Assembly (NCBI GenBank): GCA_023334545.1
Contig: JAADVB010000075.1
Location: forward strand, 8,198-72,197
From: Salisapilia sapeloensis CBS 127946
Lineage: Eukaryota; Protista; Oomycota
DNA length: 64,000 nt
Reading direction: 5' to 3'
This document shows, in pieces, positions 1 to 10,438 of this stretch. The translations under genes and the position numbers were made by a program. Below the pieces are notes generated by a model, which worked only from the letters and a program-made list of their open reading frames with translations, did no database searches and was not told the DNA's origin. The number at the start of each line of letters is the position of its first letter. Position 1 is the stretch's first letter.

Positions 1-6
1 CCGCTC

Positions 7-2529
7 GTGCTCGGACGAGATGAAGCGCAGGAGGAACAAGAGATCTTAGCCGGACTCTTGCGACCGACTGACGTGCGTGTGAACCAGGCACAAGGCTACC
101 ACGTCAGCAGCGATGGCATGCGGATGCTACTACGACGCTTCGTCCCTCCCAACCAACGACTACAGTCCTTGCGCTTCCTCCCAGAGACCGTGGAAGGCGC
201 CAAAGGTCACGCTCGTTTGCTCGTACAGTCTCGTTGTCATGCTTTTGTCTACTTCTTCCTCTCCGCCGAAGCAGATCTCACGCGCAAGCACATGGCGCGC
301 AAAGTCCTCGGTCGTGGCGATGGTTCATGGGCTGAAAAGCTCCAGTGGTCCGTCCAGCCACGTCGAGAGACGAGTCGTGTCGTTGTCCAATACTCGTTCA
401 AGTCCAGCGCCACGAGTGTCGCAGCTAACAGCAGCTTCCTCTTCGTCGCGACGAGGAAAGAGCTTCAGATATGGACGATTTGGAGTCCATGCCAGTACTT
501 GGCGACGCGAAAAGTGTTTTCCGAGTCGCAAGTGCCGCAACCATCGCAGCCGCAGCTTCTGTCGGTCGTCCCATTACCGTATGCAGCCAAGAGTATGGCA
601 GCATTAGACTCGTATCTCATCCTCCTTCCTCCTCATCGAGAAGAAATGGTTCGAATGAGCGACTTTTACGTCCGATCCGAGAGCGAAGCAGCAGTCGATT
701 TACTTCCAGAGAATGAAATCGACTTAAGGACGCAAGTAGAACCGAAGCGTCATAAAGGCGCGATGCTCGTGCTACAACAGAACGCTCCGTCTGCCATCTT
801 CCAAAACGTCCGCACAGCCATCGCATCTCTTGAGACAGTCGGTCAGAGCCACATTGACGTCCTCCTAAGTCTCTTCTCCCTCTATCGTTTCCGCGCAGAT
901 GCGACGTTCCAAAGGAGTAAGAAGAAATCATTGAATGACCAGGAACGAGTAGCATTGCAGGTAGAAACACGGCAGTATGGGAAGCTAGCAAGAGCGAGTG
1001 CAGGTGTCCTCGCGCACTTGTTCGTGTCGTCGGAACAAGTGAATTTGTCTCGTGCAGCACACTTGTTCGTCGTGTCAGACGTTCCATCCGAGACGGCAGT
1101 GCAGACGCTTGAAGATGTAGAGGGTGTAGACGAAGTAGACGTACAAAAGGGCGTGCAGACGTACCTCGAAGCCTTTGCATTGGCACCAAACGCCGTTGTG
1201 ACGGACGACTCCTTCCGCACAAAGGTCTTGGAACACTACAAAGCACTCGGATCATCCGATCTTGCGTCGCTGATGCTCCAGTCTCGTCTAGACTGGAGTC
1301 CATCCGACCTGGAATTTGCCTTCCAAGCGTTGGAAGGAGATGTATTCGTAGTAGAAGCTGCACGACTAGTGCTGCTAGTCCAAGGTCTCGAGAGCACAGC
1401 GTCAGGCGCTTTTATAGATGAGTGTAGTCGTGATAAAGTATCGAGTCAATTGGATTTGTTGCTGGAGAGAGGACGAGAGGAGACGATAGAGCTATGTGTG
1501 AAACATCCAGAGCTACTAGAATCGACAGACGGGAAAGGTGTGTCTGTCTTGGCGACTGTCTTACTCGACTCACAGCCAAGTGTGCTGCTCCAAGTGCTGC
1601 AAAAGCTATTTGGAACGAACGTAAAGCAGCAGAGAGGACTGCAGCCGACTCTATTATACTGTCTACAGCTACTGGGCTCCACTGCAGCCGATAGCGTCCA
1701 ACGCATCTCGCACTGGATGAACGACAAGGATGCAGTCGTGGAGGCTGCGTTGGATGGCTTCAAGGACCAAGATCTGGCGCTACTAAGCTTCCTCCTCTAT
1801 GTCCTAGGAGAAAGAAGTCACGTCCAAGAGCTCGTGGATACGAGCCAAATCCCAGACGAAGACGAGGACGTCACGATGCTCTACCAAGCAGTCGCGACCG
1901 AGACACTCTTGATCGGCATGGCACTGAGCCACCATCGCGACTGCCAAGATGAAACAATTACGCATCTACTGCCGTCTTCAACTGACGTAGAAGAGCAGCC
2001 TGCATGGGTCCAGCAGCTTCTATCAACGCAAGAACCTGCCAACCTGCATCCGCTATTCACCAGGATGCTACAGTTGATGCAGCACCATGGCAACGTCCTC
2101 CCACAACCTCTAATCAACGTATACGAAAAAGGCTCAAGCTCTCCGTTCTCGACACTCGTCGCACTCCTGTCGTTCCCTATGCTCTCTCGCACTCAAGATG
2201 CCCTACGTCTACTCTACACTCGACAAGACTTAAAGAAACTACTGCTTCCGTATGGAAAACACTTTTGTTCGACTCTAGACGAATGGAGGTTACTGCTCGA
2301 GATGCTAGCAGACGATGACCGGGACGAAGAACAGGTGCTGGACCAAGTGCTCACGTACATTTGCTCGACACTCGGACCAGAGGAGCTTGTACAAGTGCTG
2401 CCGGAAGACGGAGATCTCGGGAGGTACATGGAGACATTGGAGCTCAACGTACGTCTGCAAAAGGCGCATGACAGTCGTCGTAGTCGACAGCCAATGCACT
2501 CGTTCCGTCAGCCACTCGTCATTCCGTAA
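7..2529 (+). CDS. HPS3-like (BLOC-2 subunit) protein, 5'-partial
   Basis: 840-aa ORF running from the window edge. Its C-terminus LDQVLTYICSTLGPEELVQVLPEDGDLGRYM resembles the HPS3 C-terminal 'LPEDG' helical motif. Family call is by recall only. Confidence 0.5.
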   Translation: MLGRDEAQEEQEILAGLLRPTDVRVNQAQGYHVSSDGMRMLLRRFVPPNQRLQSLRFLPETVEGAKGHARLLVQSRCHAFVYFFLSAEADLTRKHMARKVLGRGDGSWAEKLQWSVQPRRETSRVVVQYSFKSSATSVAANSSFLFVATRKELQIWTIWSPCQYLATRKVFSESQVPQPSQPQLLSVVPLPYAAKSMAALDSYLILLPPHREEMVRMSDFYVRSESEAAVDLLPENEIDLRTQVEPKRHKGAMLVLQQNAPSAIFQNVRTAIASLETVGQSHIDVLLSLFSLYRFRADATFQRSKKKSLNDQERVALQVETRQYGKLARASAGVLAHLFVSSEQVNLSRAAHLFVVSDVPSETAVQTLEDVEGVDEVDVQKGVQTYLEAFALAPNAVVTDDSFRTKVLEHYKALGSSDLASLMLQSRLDWSPSDLEFAFQALEGDVFVVEAARLVLLVQGLESTASGAFIDECSRDKVSSQLDLLLERGREETIELCVKHPELLESTDGKGVSVLATVLLDSQPSVLLQVLQKLFGTNVKQQRGLQPTLLYCLQLLGSTAADSVQRISHWMNDKDAVVEAALDGFKDQDLALLSFLLYVLGERSHVQELVDTSQIPDEDEDVTMLYQAVATETLLIGMALSHHRDCQDETITHLLPSSTDVEEQPAWVQQLLSTQEPANLHPLFTRMLQLMQHHGNVLPQPLINVYEKGSSSPFSTLVALLSFPMLSRTQDALRLLYTRQDLKKLLLPYGKHFCSTLDEWRLLLEMLADDDRDEEQVLDQVLTYICSTLGPEELVQVLPEDGDLGRYMETLELNVRLQKAHDSRRSRQPMHSFRQPLVIP

Positions 2530-2634
2530 TCGGCGGCAACGAAGTGTCCACGAGTGTCGAGGCACTTAGACCTCGGTCTTCTAGTAACTTGGTAATCGTT
2601 TCAATGTACTGCTCTCTCGTTAGTCTTGTGTCTA

Positions 2635-4019
2635 TCATTTACAATAAAGAAAACAACGTACCGACGTACGAAGTGTTCGGAAACCACGCTTGTGGCTAGC
2701 GCGATGGGAGATATGGAAGTGGACGACCCACTTGGTCATCGGTTCAAGCGCAATGAGACTTTCATTCCCTCGCGCACGTTCAATGAGACTATCCTCTTCT
2801 CTCAAATTCAGATGCAGAAGGTCCTTGGACTTTTCAGATGCGGCCACGGAGCTTGGGTTTCTCGTCAAAGGATTCTTCTCTGGTTTCTTATGAGCAAAAG
2901 CTGCTTCTAGCTGTAGTATCCGGTCTAGATCCTGCATGAACGCTCGGACTTGTGATGTACTTGCGTGGGCAGGAAGGCGGATACGTAGCTGGAGACGCCA
3001 GAAGTAGGACTGGATGACGGTAGTAGCTAGCGATACGGTTTGTCCCGCAGGAATGTAGAGCTTGGAGTCGTCATCCGTTGTGACGACGAGGAAACCTAAT
3101 GGAGCGTCGCTTATGCTTCCTTGGCTCGTGCCGGGCAGCTGAATGCGCGTATCGATGTGCAGCATGTTGGAGAGGAACATGTAGTGCCCACCCATCACGT
3201 TCCGGAGCTAAGTAAAAGACTTAGCAAGAGGATAGCAAGATGAGAAAGAGAAGAAATGTACGATTGGGAGTGTCGCGACGGATATACATAGGAAGAAGGC
3301 GGATGAAAAGACAAAGCGCAGTCGCTCGTCCTCTCCGATGAGCGTATCTAGGTAATACGTGTAGACTACGAGCACAAGGAAGATGATCTTGGCCATCTAT
3401 TACCACACGCATTTCAGCATATATACATGAGTAGCTTGTGCATCAAATAGTCCGTACGGTTGACCCTTCCTCCAGTAGCGTGATACGGCCAGCTTTATCC
3501 GCGTCCGACATTTTCGGTCGCTCTTCCTCGGCTTCCTCATGCTCTATTTTCTCTGTCTCTCGACGAATGATGTACTAGATCAATGTTGTAAGCTTCCTAC
3601 CAGGTACGACAGATCTATAGGTATCGTACCGCCCGGAGGACATTAAATACAGCGTCCAGCCAAACGACGAGACAGATGCCAAAGCCCCAGGAAGGCCATT
3701 GACACAGGATTTTGTCGAGATTCGACGCCTTGAGCGATATCCAGAGCATGCCTGTGCGAAACAAAAGGGCCGTCTGCCACCGCCCAAGCCGCTTGGCATC
3801 ATCCGGCCATCGCCAGCTCCGAGGACTGCCTTTACGAAGGATAAAAAAGATAATCCGAGTAATCGGGTCCGTGAGCACGGTCGAGAGTGCAACGAGGACG
3901 AGTGCAACGTAGGACTGCCACGCCCCACTGGCTTCCTTCCACCAATCCCCCCACCTGTCCATTCGGATGAGGCAAATATCACCCTCCGTGAGCTCCTCGG
4001 TGGTCATACTACCCTCCAT
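2635..4019 (-). CDS. MscS-family mechanosensitive channel-like membrane protein (multi-exon)
   Basis: Splicing the minus-strand ORFs 3615-4019, 3208-3396 and 2635-3198 through GT-AG introns gives several TM helices. These are followed by LRNVMGGHYMFLSNMLHIDTRIQLPG..G.I....LGFLVVTTDDDSKLYIP, which fits the MscS TM3/beta-domain pattern, and then a RLQLRIRLP C-terminal domain. Confidence 0.6.
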
Positions 4020-4077
4020 GATCGATCCCTTGTTTTGAATCGTTTCAAAAGCGTGATTATTGGTGTCCAGAAGCGAG

Positions 4078-4709
4078 ATGAGTACGCAGCGAGGGAACGT
4101 AAAGAAGCAGCGAGCGCCGAGGCATCAGAACTCGTTCGCTTTCAGACATAATCCCAAGTCGAAGAAGACGCAGAAGATTCTCGCTGCGCCAATTCAAGGA
4201 CTGTGCGAGAAATGCCATGCGCAGATTGAGTGGCGGAAGAAGTACCGCAAGTATAAGCCATTGACACAACCTGCGACTTGGTACGATTGGACATGTAGAC
4301 TTTAGATGCTTCTGTGGCTTATGACGGTGGAATGTAGTGCGGACTGCCATCAAAAGACCGTCAAGGCGGCATATCACACCCTATGCGAACCATGCGCCAA
4401 GGTACGTCGAATTACAATTCATTTCATTTAGCTAGTACTCAGTCTACACTACAGGCTCGAGACGTGTGTGCCAAGTGCTGTGAAACGAAGGAGATCGTAC
4501 CAAGGTACTAGCACATCTTTCGCCAGTCTGATTCGCCATCTAATCCTGTCCGTAGCGCCGAAGAAGTCGAAGCAGAGCAAGCCCAGCAAGAAGAAGAACA
4601 GGCTGAATTGATCAAAGGCATGTCCGAACGAGAACGCCGAGCCTACCTTCGCGCGAACGGCATCGAACGCGTGGCCACCAATGTCGACGACGAGGACGAG
4701 GACTTGTAG
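4078..4709 (+). CDS. C9orf85/DUF2039-like conserved Cys-rich protein (multi-exon)
   Basis: Reads MSTQRGNVKKQRAPRHQNSFAFRHNPKSKKT..GLCEKCHAQIEWRKKYRKYKPLTQP, then CHQKTVKAAYHTLCEPCAK..VCAKC across short introns. Stop TAG at 4707-4709. Confidence 0.8.
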
Positions 4710-5030
4710 TTCGAGTCGTGTCGTCCGTCGTCGTAGAGATAGCTTACGTCAACATTTTTTACTTTCAATCATACTCTTTTTTCCCCTGTACTTGCGTCTA
4801 GCTCATCCAGCTAGACCACCGTACTACTTTGCCTTGACGTCCATGTAGCGCATGACAAGCAGCTACTTCAGACCTGACGCTTGCTGACGTCACTTGTGTC
4901 GGACGTAATCAGGGACACATGATTCCGACGTCACGCACTTGGCCTATTAAAACGAGACACATGCCGACAATAGCTGGTGGGCATCACAATTCCTTTCGCA
5001 TCGTACGCCCCTGCACGTCTCGTTGGAGGT

Positions 5031-6121
5031 ATGGACAAGACACAGGCACCACCACCGCTCTTCGAGGAGGTCCCAAGCCTCCGGTTCCTCTACCCGTTCG
5101 AGTGGGAACGCAATTGGGTACGTACAATCGACAAAAGATGCAATTGACGAGACTGACGCAGGACTATGCAGCGCGTCGGCGGACAAGTCGAGTTTTGCCG
5201 AGAAACGCTGCCGCATGCCGTTGCACTCTGTGCTGCCTATGCCATCCTCTGCTTCGTAGGTCAGTGGATCATGCGAGACCGCAAGCCGTTCAACCTGCGC
5301 ATGTACGTCTCTTGTGATGCCTCCCTCGTCCTGCATGCCCAACTCACTCTTCTCTTGTCTGCAATAGCCCGCTCGCATTGTGGAACCTCGGGCTAGCCGT
5401 CTTTAGCTTCATCGGAAGCATCCGCACAGCCCCTTTCCTGCTCAACAGCCTCTACCGCCGTGGACTCTACTACTCGGCGTGCACACCGCCGATGGAGCAC
5501 TACGGTCAAGGCCCGATCGGCTTGTGGGTGACGCTCTTCATCTTCTCCAAGGTGCCAGAGCTCGTCGACACGTTCTTCATCGTCATCCGCAAGAAGCCGC
5601 TCATCTTCCTCCATTGGTACCACCACATCACCGTCCTGCTCTTCTGCTGGCATGCATTCGCGACGCTCTCGGCCAGGTATGCATCCTCTTGTTGACGCTT
5701 GCCTTTGCCCATACTAACCGCTGCATGCAGCGGACTCTTCTTCGTCGCGATGAACTACACGGTGCATGCGATTATGTACTTTTACTACTTTTTGACCGCT
5801 TGCGGCTACCGCCCCAAGTGGGCACTAGCTGTCACCGTGTTCCAGCTGAGTCAGGTACGTTCTGTTTAACATGATTCCGTCCGCCACTATGCTCATCGTT
5901 GTGGATTGTATTGGCAGATGGTCGTCGGCGTCTTCGTCTGCGGCGCCAACCTGTACTACATCAACAAGGGCTACGACTGCAGCATCGACCGAGACAACCT
6001 CAAGTGGGCTGTCCTCATGTACTCGAGCTACTTTGCACTCTTCCTCAAGTTCTTCCTCGAGCGCTACTGTTTGCGTAAACGCTCCTCTTCGCCGACGTCT
6101 AAGAAGTCCAAGGCCGAGTAG
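5031..6121 (+). CDS. Fatty acid elongase (ELO/GNS1-SUR4, ELOVL6-like), copy 1, 5 exons
   Basis: KVPELVDT, FLHWYHHITVLL His box, MNYTVHAIMYFYY, MYSSYFALFLKFF and C-terminal KKSKAE. Four GT-AG introns. Confidence 0.93.
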
Positions 6122-6491
6122 AGCTTTCCATCGACCAAGCTAGCTCCTGCTTTCGACCCTGTAGCACTGCTTCCCATTTTCCAAGAGACGTACTAGAACC
6201 CTCGTCTTGGTGACGTCGCTTAAGCTCCAGGGCAAATAGATTTTTGAAACCTCTCGCTACCTGGCCTTACGCTTGCTTTGCCACCAGCTCGAATGAAAAG
6301 ATCAGCCTTCAGACGCTGACTCGAGCTTCGTCACCATCTTTTCATGCTTTTCTACGAGACGCCTACCACCCGTTTGTATCACCTACGTCGCTACTAATCT
6401 GCACCGCAACAGGTGATCTAACACGCAAGCTCGCCCAGATCAACCAGAATCCGATTCGCCTCGCCCCCGAACACAACACATCCTCATCGGA

Positions 6492-7581
6492 ATGGAGCAG
6501 TCGCACAAGACGCCCTTGCTCTTCGAAGAGGTCCCGAGCCTACGCTTCCTCTACCCGTTCGAGGCTGAGCGCAACTGGGTACGCTATTTATGCTTTAAAA
6601 TCCCCGTTTTAAATCTAATTTGTAACTTTTGCTGGACCACAGCCACTCGGTGGACAAGTGGAGCTCGTCGCCTCCACCCTCCCGCATGCCATCGCCCTCT
6701 GTGTTGTCTACGTCCTGCTCATCTTTGGCGGACAATGGTACATGCGCGACCGTAAGCCCTTCGATCTCCGTGTGTACGTATCCAAGCATTACATATGCAT
6801 ATATCATGTCATCTCATGCTTGTCATCAGACCGCTGGCGCTTTGGAACCTCGGGCTAGCTGTCTTCAGTTTCATCGGTAGTCTCCGTGTCGTCCCGTTCT
6901 TGCTGAACCACATCTACCGCCGTGGACTCTACCACGCGTCCTGCGGCCACCCATTGGACAACTATGGCCACGGTCCGATCGGCTTGTGGGCGACCTTGTT
7001 CGTCTTCTCGAAAATCCCAGAGCTTGTGGACACTCTATTCATCGTCGCTCGCAAGAAGCCGCTCATCTTCCTCCACTGGTACCACCACATCACCGTCCTA
7101 CTCTTCTGCTGGCACGGATACGCGACGCTGTCTGCTAGGTATCTTCCATGGCTGCAATCTTCCTCCCTCCCGATCTAACCGTTTATTATTGTCTAGTGGA
7201 CTGTTTTTCGTCGCGATGAATTACACGGTGCATGCCGTCATGTACTTTTACTACTTCCTCACGGCATGCGGATACCGTCCGCGATGGGCGTTGGGTGTCA
7301 CCGTTCTCCAACTGAGTCAGGTATTTTCTCTACTTTCCATCTCTACAGACTCTATGCTAACATAAACTGTTTTTATCTAGATGGCTGTCGGTGTGACTGT
7401 CTGTGGCCTCGACCTGTACTACTTGAACAAGGGCTACAAGTGCAGCATCGACACGGACAACCTTAAATGGGCTGTCATCATGTACTCGAGCTACTTTGCG
7501 CTCTTCCTCAAGTTCTTCCTCGAACGCTATTGCTTCAGCAAACGGTCATCCAATGCATCGAAGCAGAAAAAGGTTGAGTAG
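6492..7581 (+). CDS. Fatty acid elongase (ELO/GNS1-SUR4, ELOVL6-like), copy 2, 5 exons
   Basis: KIPELVDT, FLHWYHHITVLL, MNYTVHAVMYFYY and C-terminal KQKKVE. Same intron positions as copy 1. Confidence 0.93.
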
Positions 7582-7745
7582 CATGTGTCTTAGTCCGATC
7601 CTTTCCTTTCGTTAGCAGTACAAGAGAAATAGATCGTCGTGATAGCTTCTCCTTTGTCATTGTTTGCGTCATGATTTTTGAAGTTGATCGCAACCTTTCA
7701 AGATGCCTACATCCTCCCCTCCGTATAGTAACAAGACCAAGGACC

Positions 7746-8810
7746 ATGGACGAAGCAGAGTCGACCAAGCACATCGATGTGGACGAAGGAACGTACTGGG
7801 GACGCGTACGCAAGAACCTCGACATGCTAGATGTCCGCATGGCATTCGTTACGCCACACCAATTACAAGATGCTCTTCGTGTACTCGAAGACAGACGTAC
7901 GCCATATTGTGTCATTCGCCTTTCAAATCCTCTCACGCTTCCTAATCACATGTAGAGAACGGGGAGATTGTAAGCGACGAGGAATATGCCAAGGCAGCTA
8001 AAATCAAGCGGGGGATCATCCATCCCGACACAGGTACATTGAAAACGTATTTACACTATCTTTCCAGTCCCATGACGAGTGTCCACAGGAGAAGCCGTCT
8101 TTGCACCGTTGAGAGCATCCATGATCGTTCCGATGAACATGCTCATGGATGGCGCTATGCTCTTGGCACGTACCTCCACACAGACCGTGTTCGCGCAGTG
8201 GCTCAATCAGACGTACAATGCGCTTCATTACTATGCCAATCGCAATGCCACCAACCACGATTCGGCACAGCAGCGACTCGTTGCGTATGTTGGCGCGACA
8301 GCCAGTTCTGTTGCTGCTTCTCTCGGTATCCGTGCCTTGGCCAAGCGTCGACAGTCGCCACTCCTTGCTCGATTCGCTCCCTTTGCTGCCGTCGCGGCTG
8401 CCGATTTGCTCAATCTGTCGGTCATGAGGCAAAGCGAATTCATGATCGGAGTCAACGTGTACGATGAGAATGGTGACTGGATTGGGAAGAGCAAACGTGC
8501 CGGTGCATTGGCAGTTGGTTCTTGTATCGCAGGTCGAATTTTCGCGGCTGCTCCGATTCTAATCGGACCTCCATTGATCATGCAGCGACTGGAAAAGCGA
8601 CCGGCGTTCATCAAGAGGCCGTGGCTGCGAGTACCGACTCTCCTAGGTCTAGTGGGACTCGCCATCCAGTGCTCCGTGCCGCTCACGTTTGGACTGTTCC
8701 GACAGACGGCACAAGTGGAAGCGCACCACTTGGAGAACGATATCGCGCGTGCAACGAGGAAAAAGGATGGTAACCCAGTGCACTTGGTCACGTACAACAA
8801 GGGCATCTAG
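7746..8810 (+). CDS. Sideroflexin (mitochondrial carrier, SFXN family)
   Basis: IIHPDTGE..FAPLRASMIVPMN, QWLNQTYNALHYYANRN, PFAAVAAADLLN, MRQSE and YNKGI C-terminus. Two introns. Confidence 0.92.
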
Positions 8811-8911
8811 AACGTCTGGATCTGTAGATACGACGTGTGGAACGATAGACGTGGTTTTTGCCAAACGAAAAGTATTTATAGTCTCTTGATTTCCATTTCT
8901 CTCGATCGACC

Positions 8912-10297
8912 ATGGAGGAAGAGTTCTCGGCCGAGAATGCGTTTAAACAGCAAGTGGATACGCTTCAGGCCGAGTGTCTTCAGGCACGAGTGCTCCAACT
9001 CCAGGAAGAGAACGATACGTTCCGGTCACGACATGATAAACGAGAGCAAGAGACGCATGAGTTCGTCGCTTACTTTCAAAAAGAGCTGCAGGCGAGAGAC
9101 CGACAGATTAGCAAGTTAACGGAGGAGATGGCTGCGTTGAAACTCAAGCACACGCTAGCGCTTGAAAATGTGACGCAGACAAAGGACGGTGTGATCCAGC
9201 AAATGCAGTTACAGCTTTCTACGAAAGAGGAAGGGTACCAGGAGCAATTACGAGAGATGCAGGAGGAACTAGTGCAGCTCGAGAGGTTCCAAGACGTCAA
9301 AAGTACGATTGAGTCCAAGGTGAAAGACCTTGAGAGTCAATTGCTTAAGGAAAAGGTCCAAGGGAAGGAAAGCTTGGAAATGCTGGAGCGCAAGTTCTTG
9401 GAGGAACAGTCAAAGCTCCGGAAGGAACATGATAAAAAGATGGAGCAGGTACGACAGCAGGCGACGGAGGATGCTCGACAAGGACTGGATGCAGAAACCC
9501 GGAAGATCATGGCTGATAATCGGAGGATGGGCGAAGAGCTTCGCTTCCAACTGCAGATGACCGACGAGCTGCATCAAGAGAAGGCAAAATTGGAACAGGA
9601 ACACAAGCGCTTGGTAACAGAGATAGATCTGGCACAGTCCAAGGAACGAGAGTACGCCTTACACTCGCAACGCCAAGCTCGAGAGATCAAACAGCTTCGA
9701 TCCAACCTCCGTGATCAGGAGAAGCGAGCGAGCTCGACACTATCGGACATGCAAAAGGAACAGCAAACAGCAGCGCTACAGGCTGAGCGAGACAAGCAGG
9801 AAGCGACGATGGATGCCGACGGACTGCGGAGGTTACTACAACTAAAGAATCGAGAGCTACGAAACCTAAGGCGGCTGTCCCAGACGATACTGGATCAGCG
9901 TACAGACGTCGAGCAGTTCTTCCTAGATGCCTTGGCGCACGTTCGGAAGCAGATATTGGAAGAACGCAAAGCGAAGCGAGAGGAGGATCGAAAACGATAT
10001 GAATCTGAAATGACAAGGGCAAATGGCGGAAAGACGCCTGTCAAGTTTCCACCGCTGCGATCCCATTCGACTCCTGGTCCGAAAGACGAGATGAAAGTGG
10101 ACATCCGGCAGTTGTCATGGGAAGACAGGGAGCGAGTGCTACGACTCGTCTTTGCACGTATCAATGGAAGCAAGAGCATGGCCGCGACGGCACCTCCATC
10201 TCCACGAGAAGATCGCATCGCGAACCAAAGTAGCGAGAGCGTGTATTATACAACGGAGCCGTCTGGATACCTGGAAGCAGTAACCGAGACCGAGTAG
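8912..10297 (+). CDS. BBOF1: Basal body-orientation factor 1 (CCDC176)
   Basis: Long coiled coil with LERKFLEEQSKL, QRTDVEQFFLDALAHVRKQI and VDIRQLSWEDRERVLRLVFARING. Confidence 0.85.
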   Translation: MEEEFSAENAFKQQVDTLQAECLQARVLQLQEENDTFRSRHDKREQETHEFVAYFQKELQARDRQISKLTEEMAALKLKHTLALENVTQTKDGVIQQMQLQLSTKEEGYQEQLREMQEELVQLERFQDVKSTIESKVKDLESQLLKEKVQGKESLEMLERKFLEEQSKLRKEHDKKMEQVRQQATEDARQGLDAETRKIMADNRRMGEELRFQLQMTDELHQEKAKLEQEHKRLVTEIDLAQSKEREYALHSQRQAREIKQLRSNLRDQEKRASSTLSDMQKEQQTAALQAERDKQEATMDADGLRRLLQLKNRELRNLRRLSQTILDQRTDVEQFFLDALAHVRKQILEERKAKREEDRKRYESEMTRANGGKTPVKFPPLRSHSTPGPKDEMKVDIRQLSWEDRERVLRLVFARINGSKSMAATAPPSPREDRIANQSSESVYYTTEPSGYLEAVTETE

Positions 10298-10438
10298 GAT
10301 AGTGCCAACATGCACATGTCTTCAACGTCTGCGCATGCCATTGAACTCTAGGACAAGTACGAACTAACTGGCCGTGAACAAAATACGTACATTACTCCTG
10401 CACATTCTCTTCCTATCACTTTTCTATCAAACGTACCT

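Noticed and set aside
3699-4151. 150-aa plus-strand ORF
   Set aside because: It is antisense to the MscS-like exon 1 and overlaps C9orf85-like in another frame, with no recognisable features.
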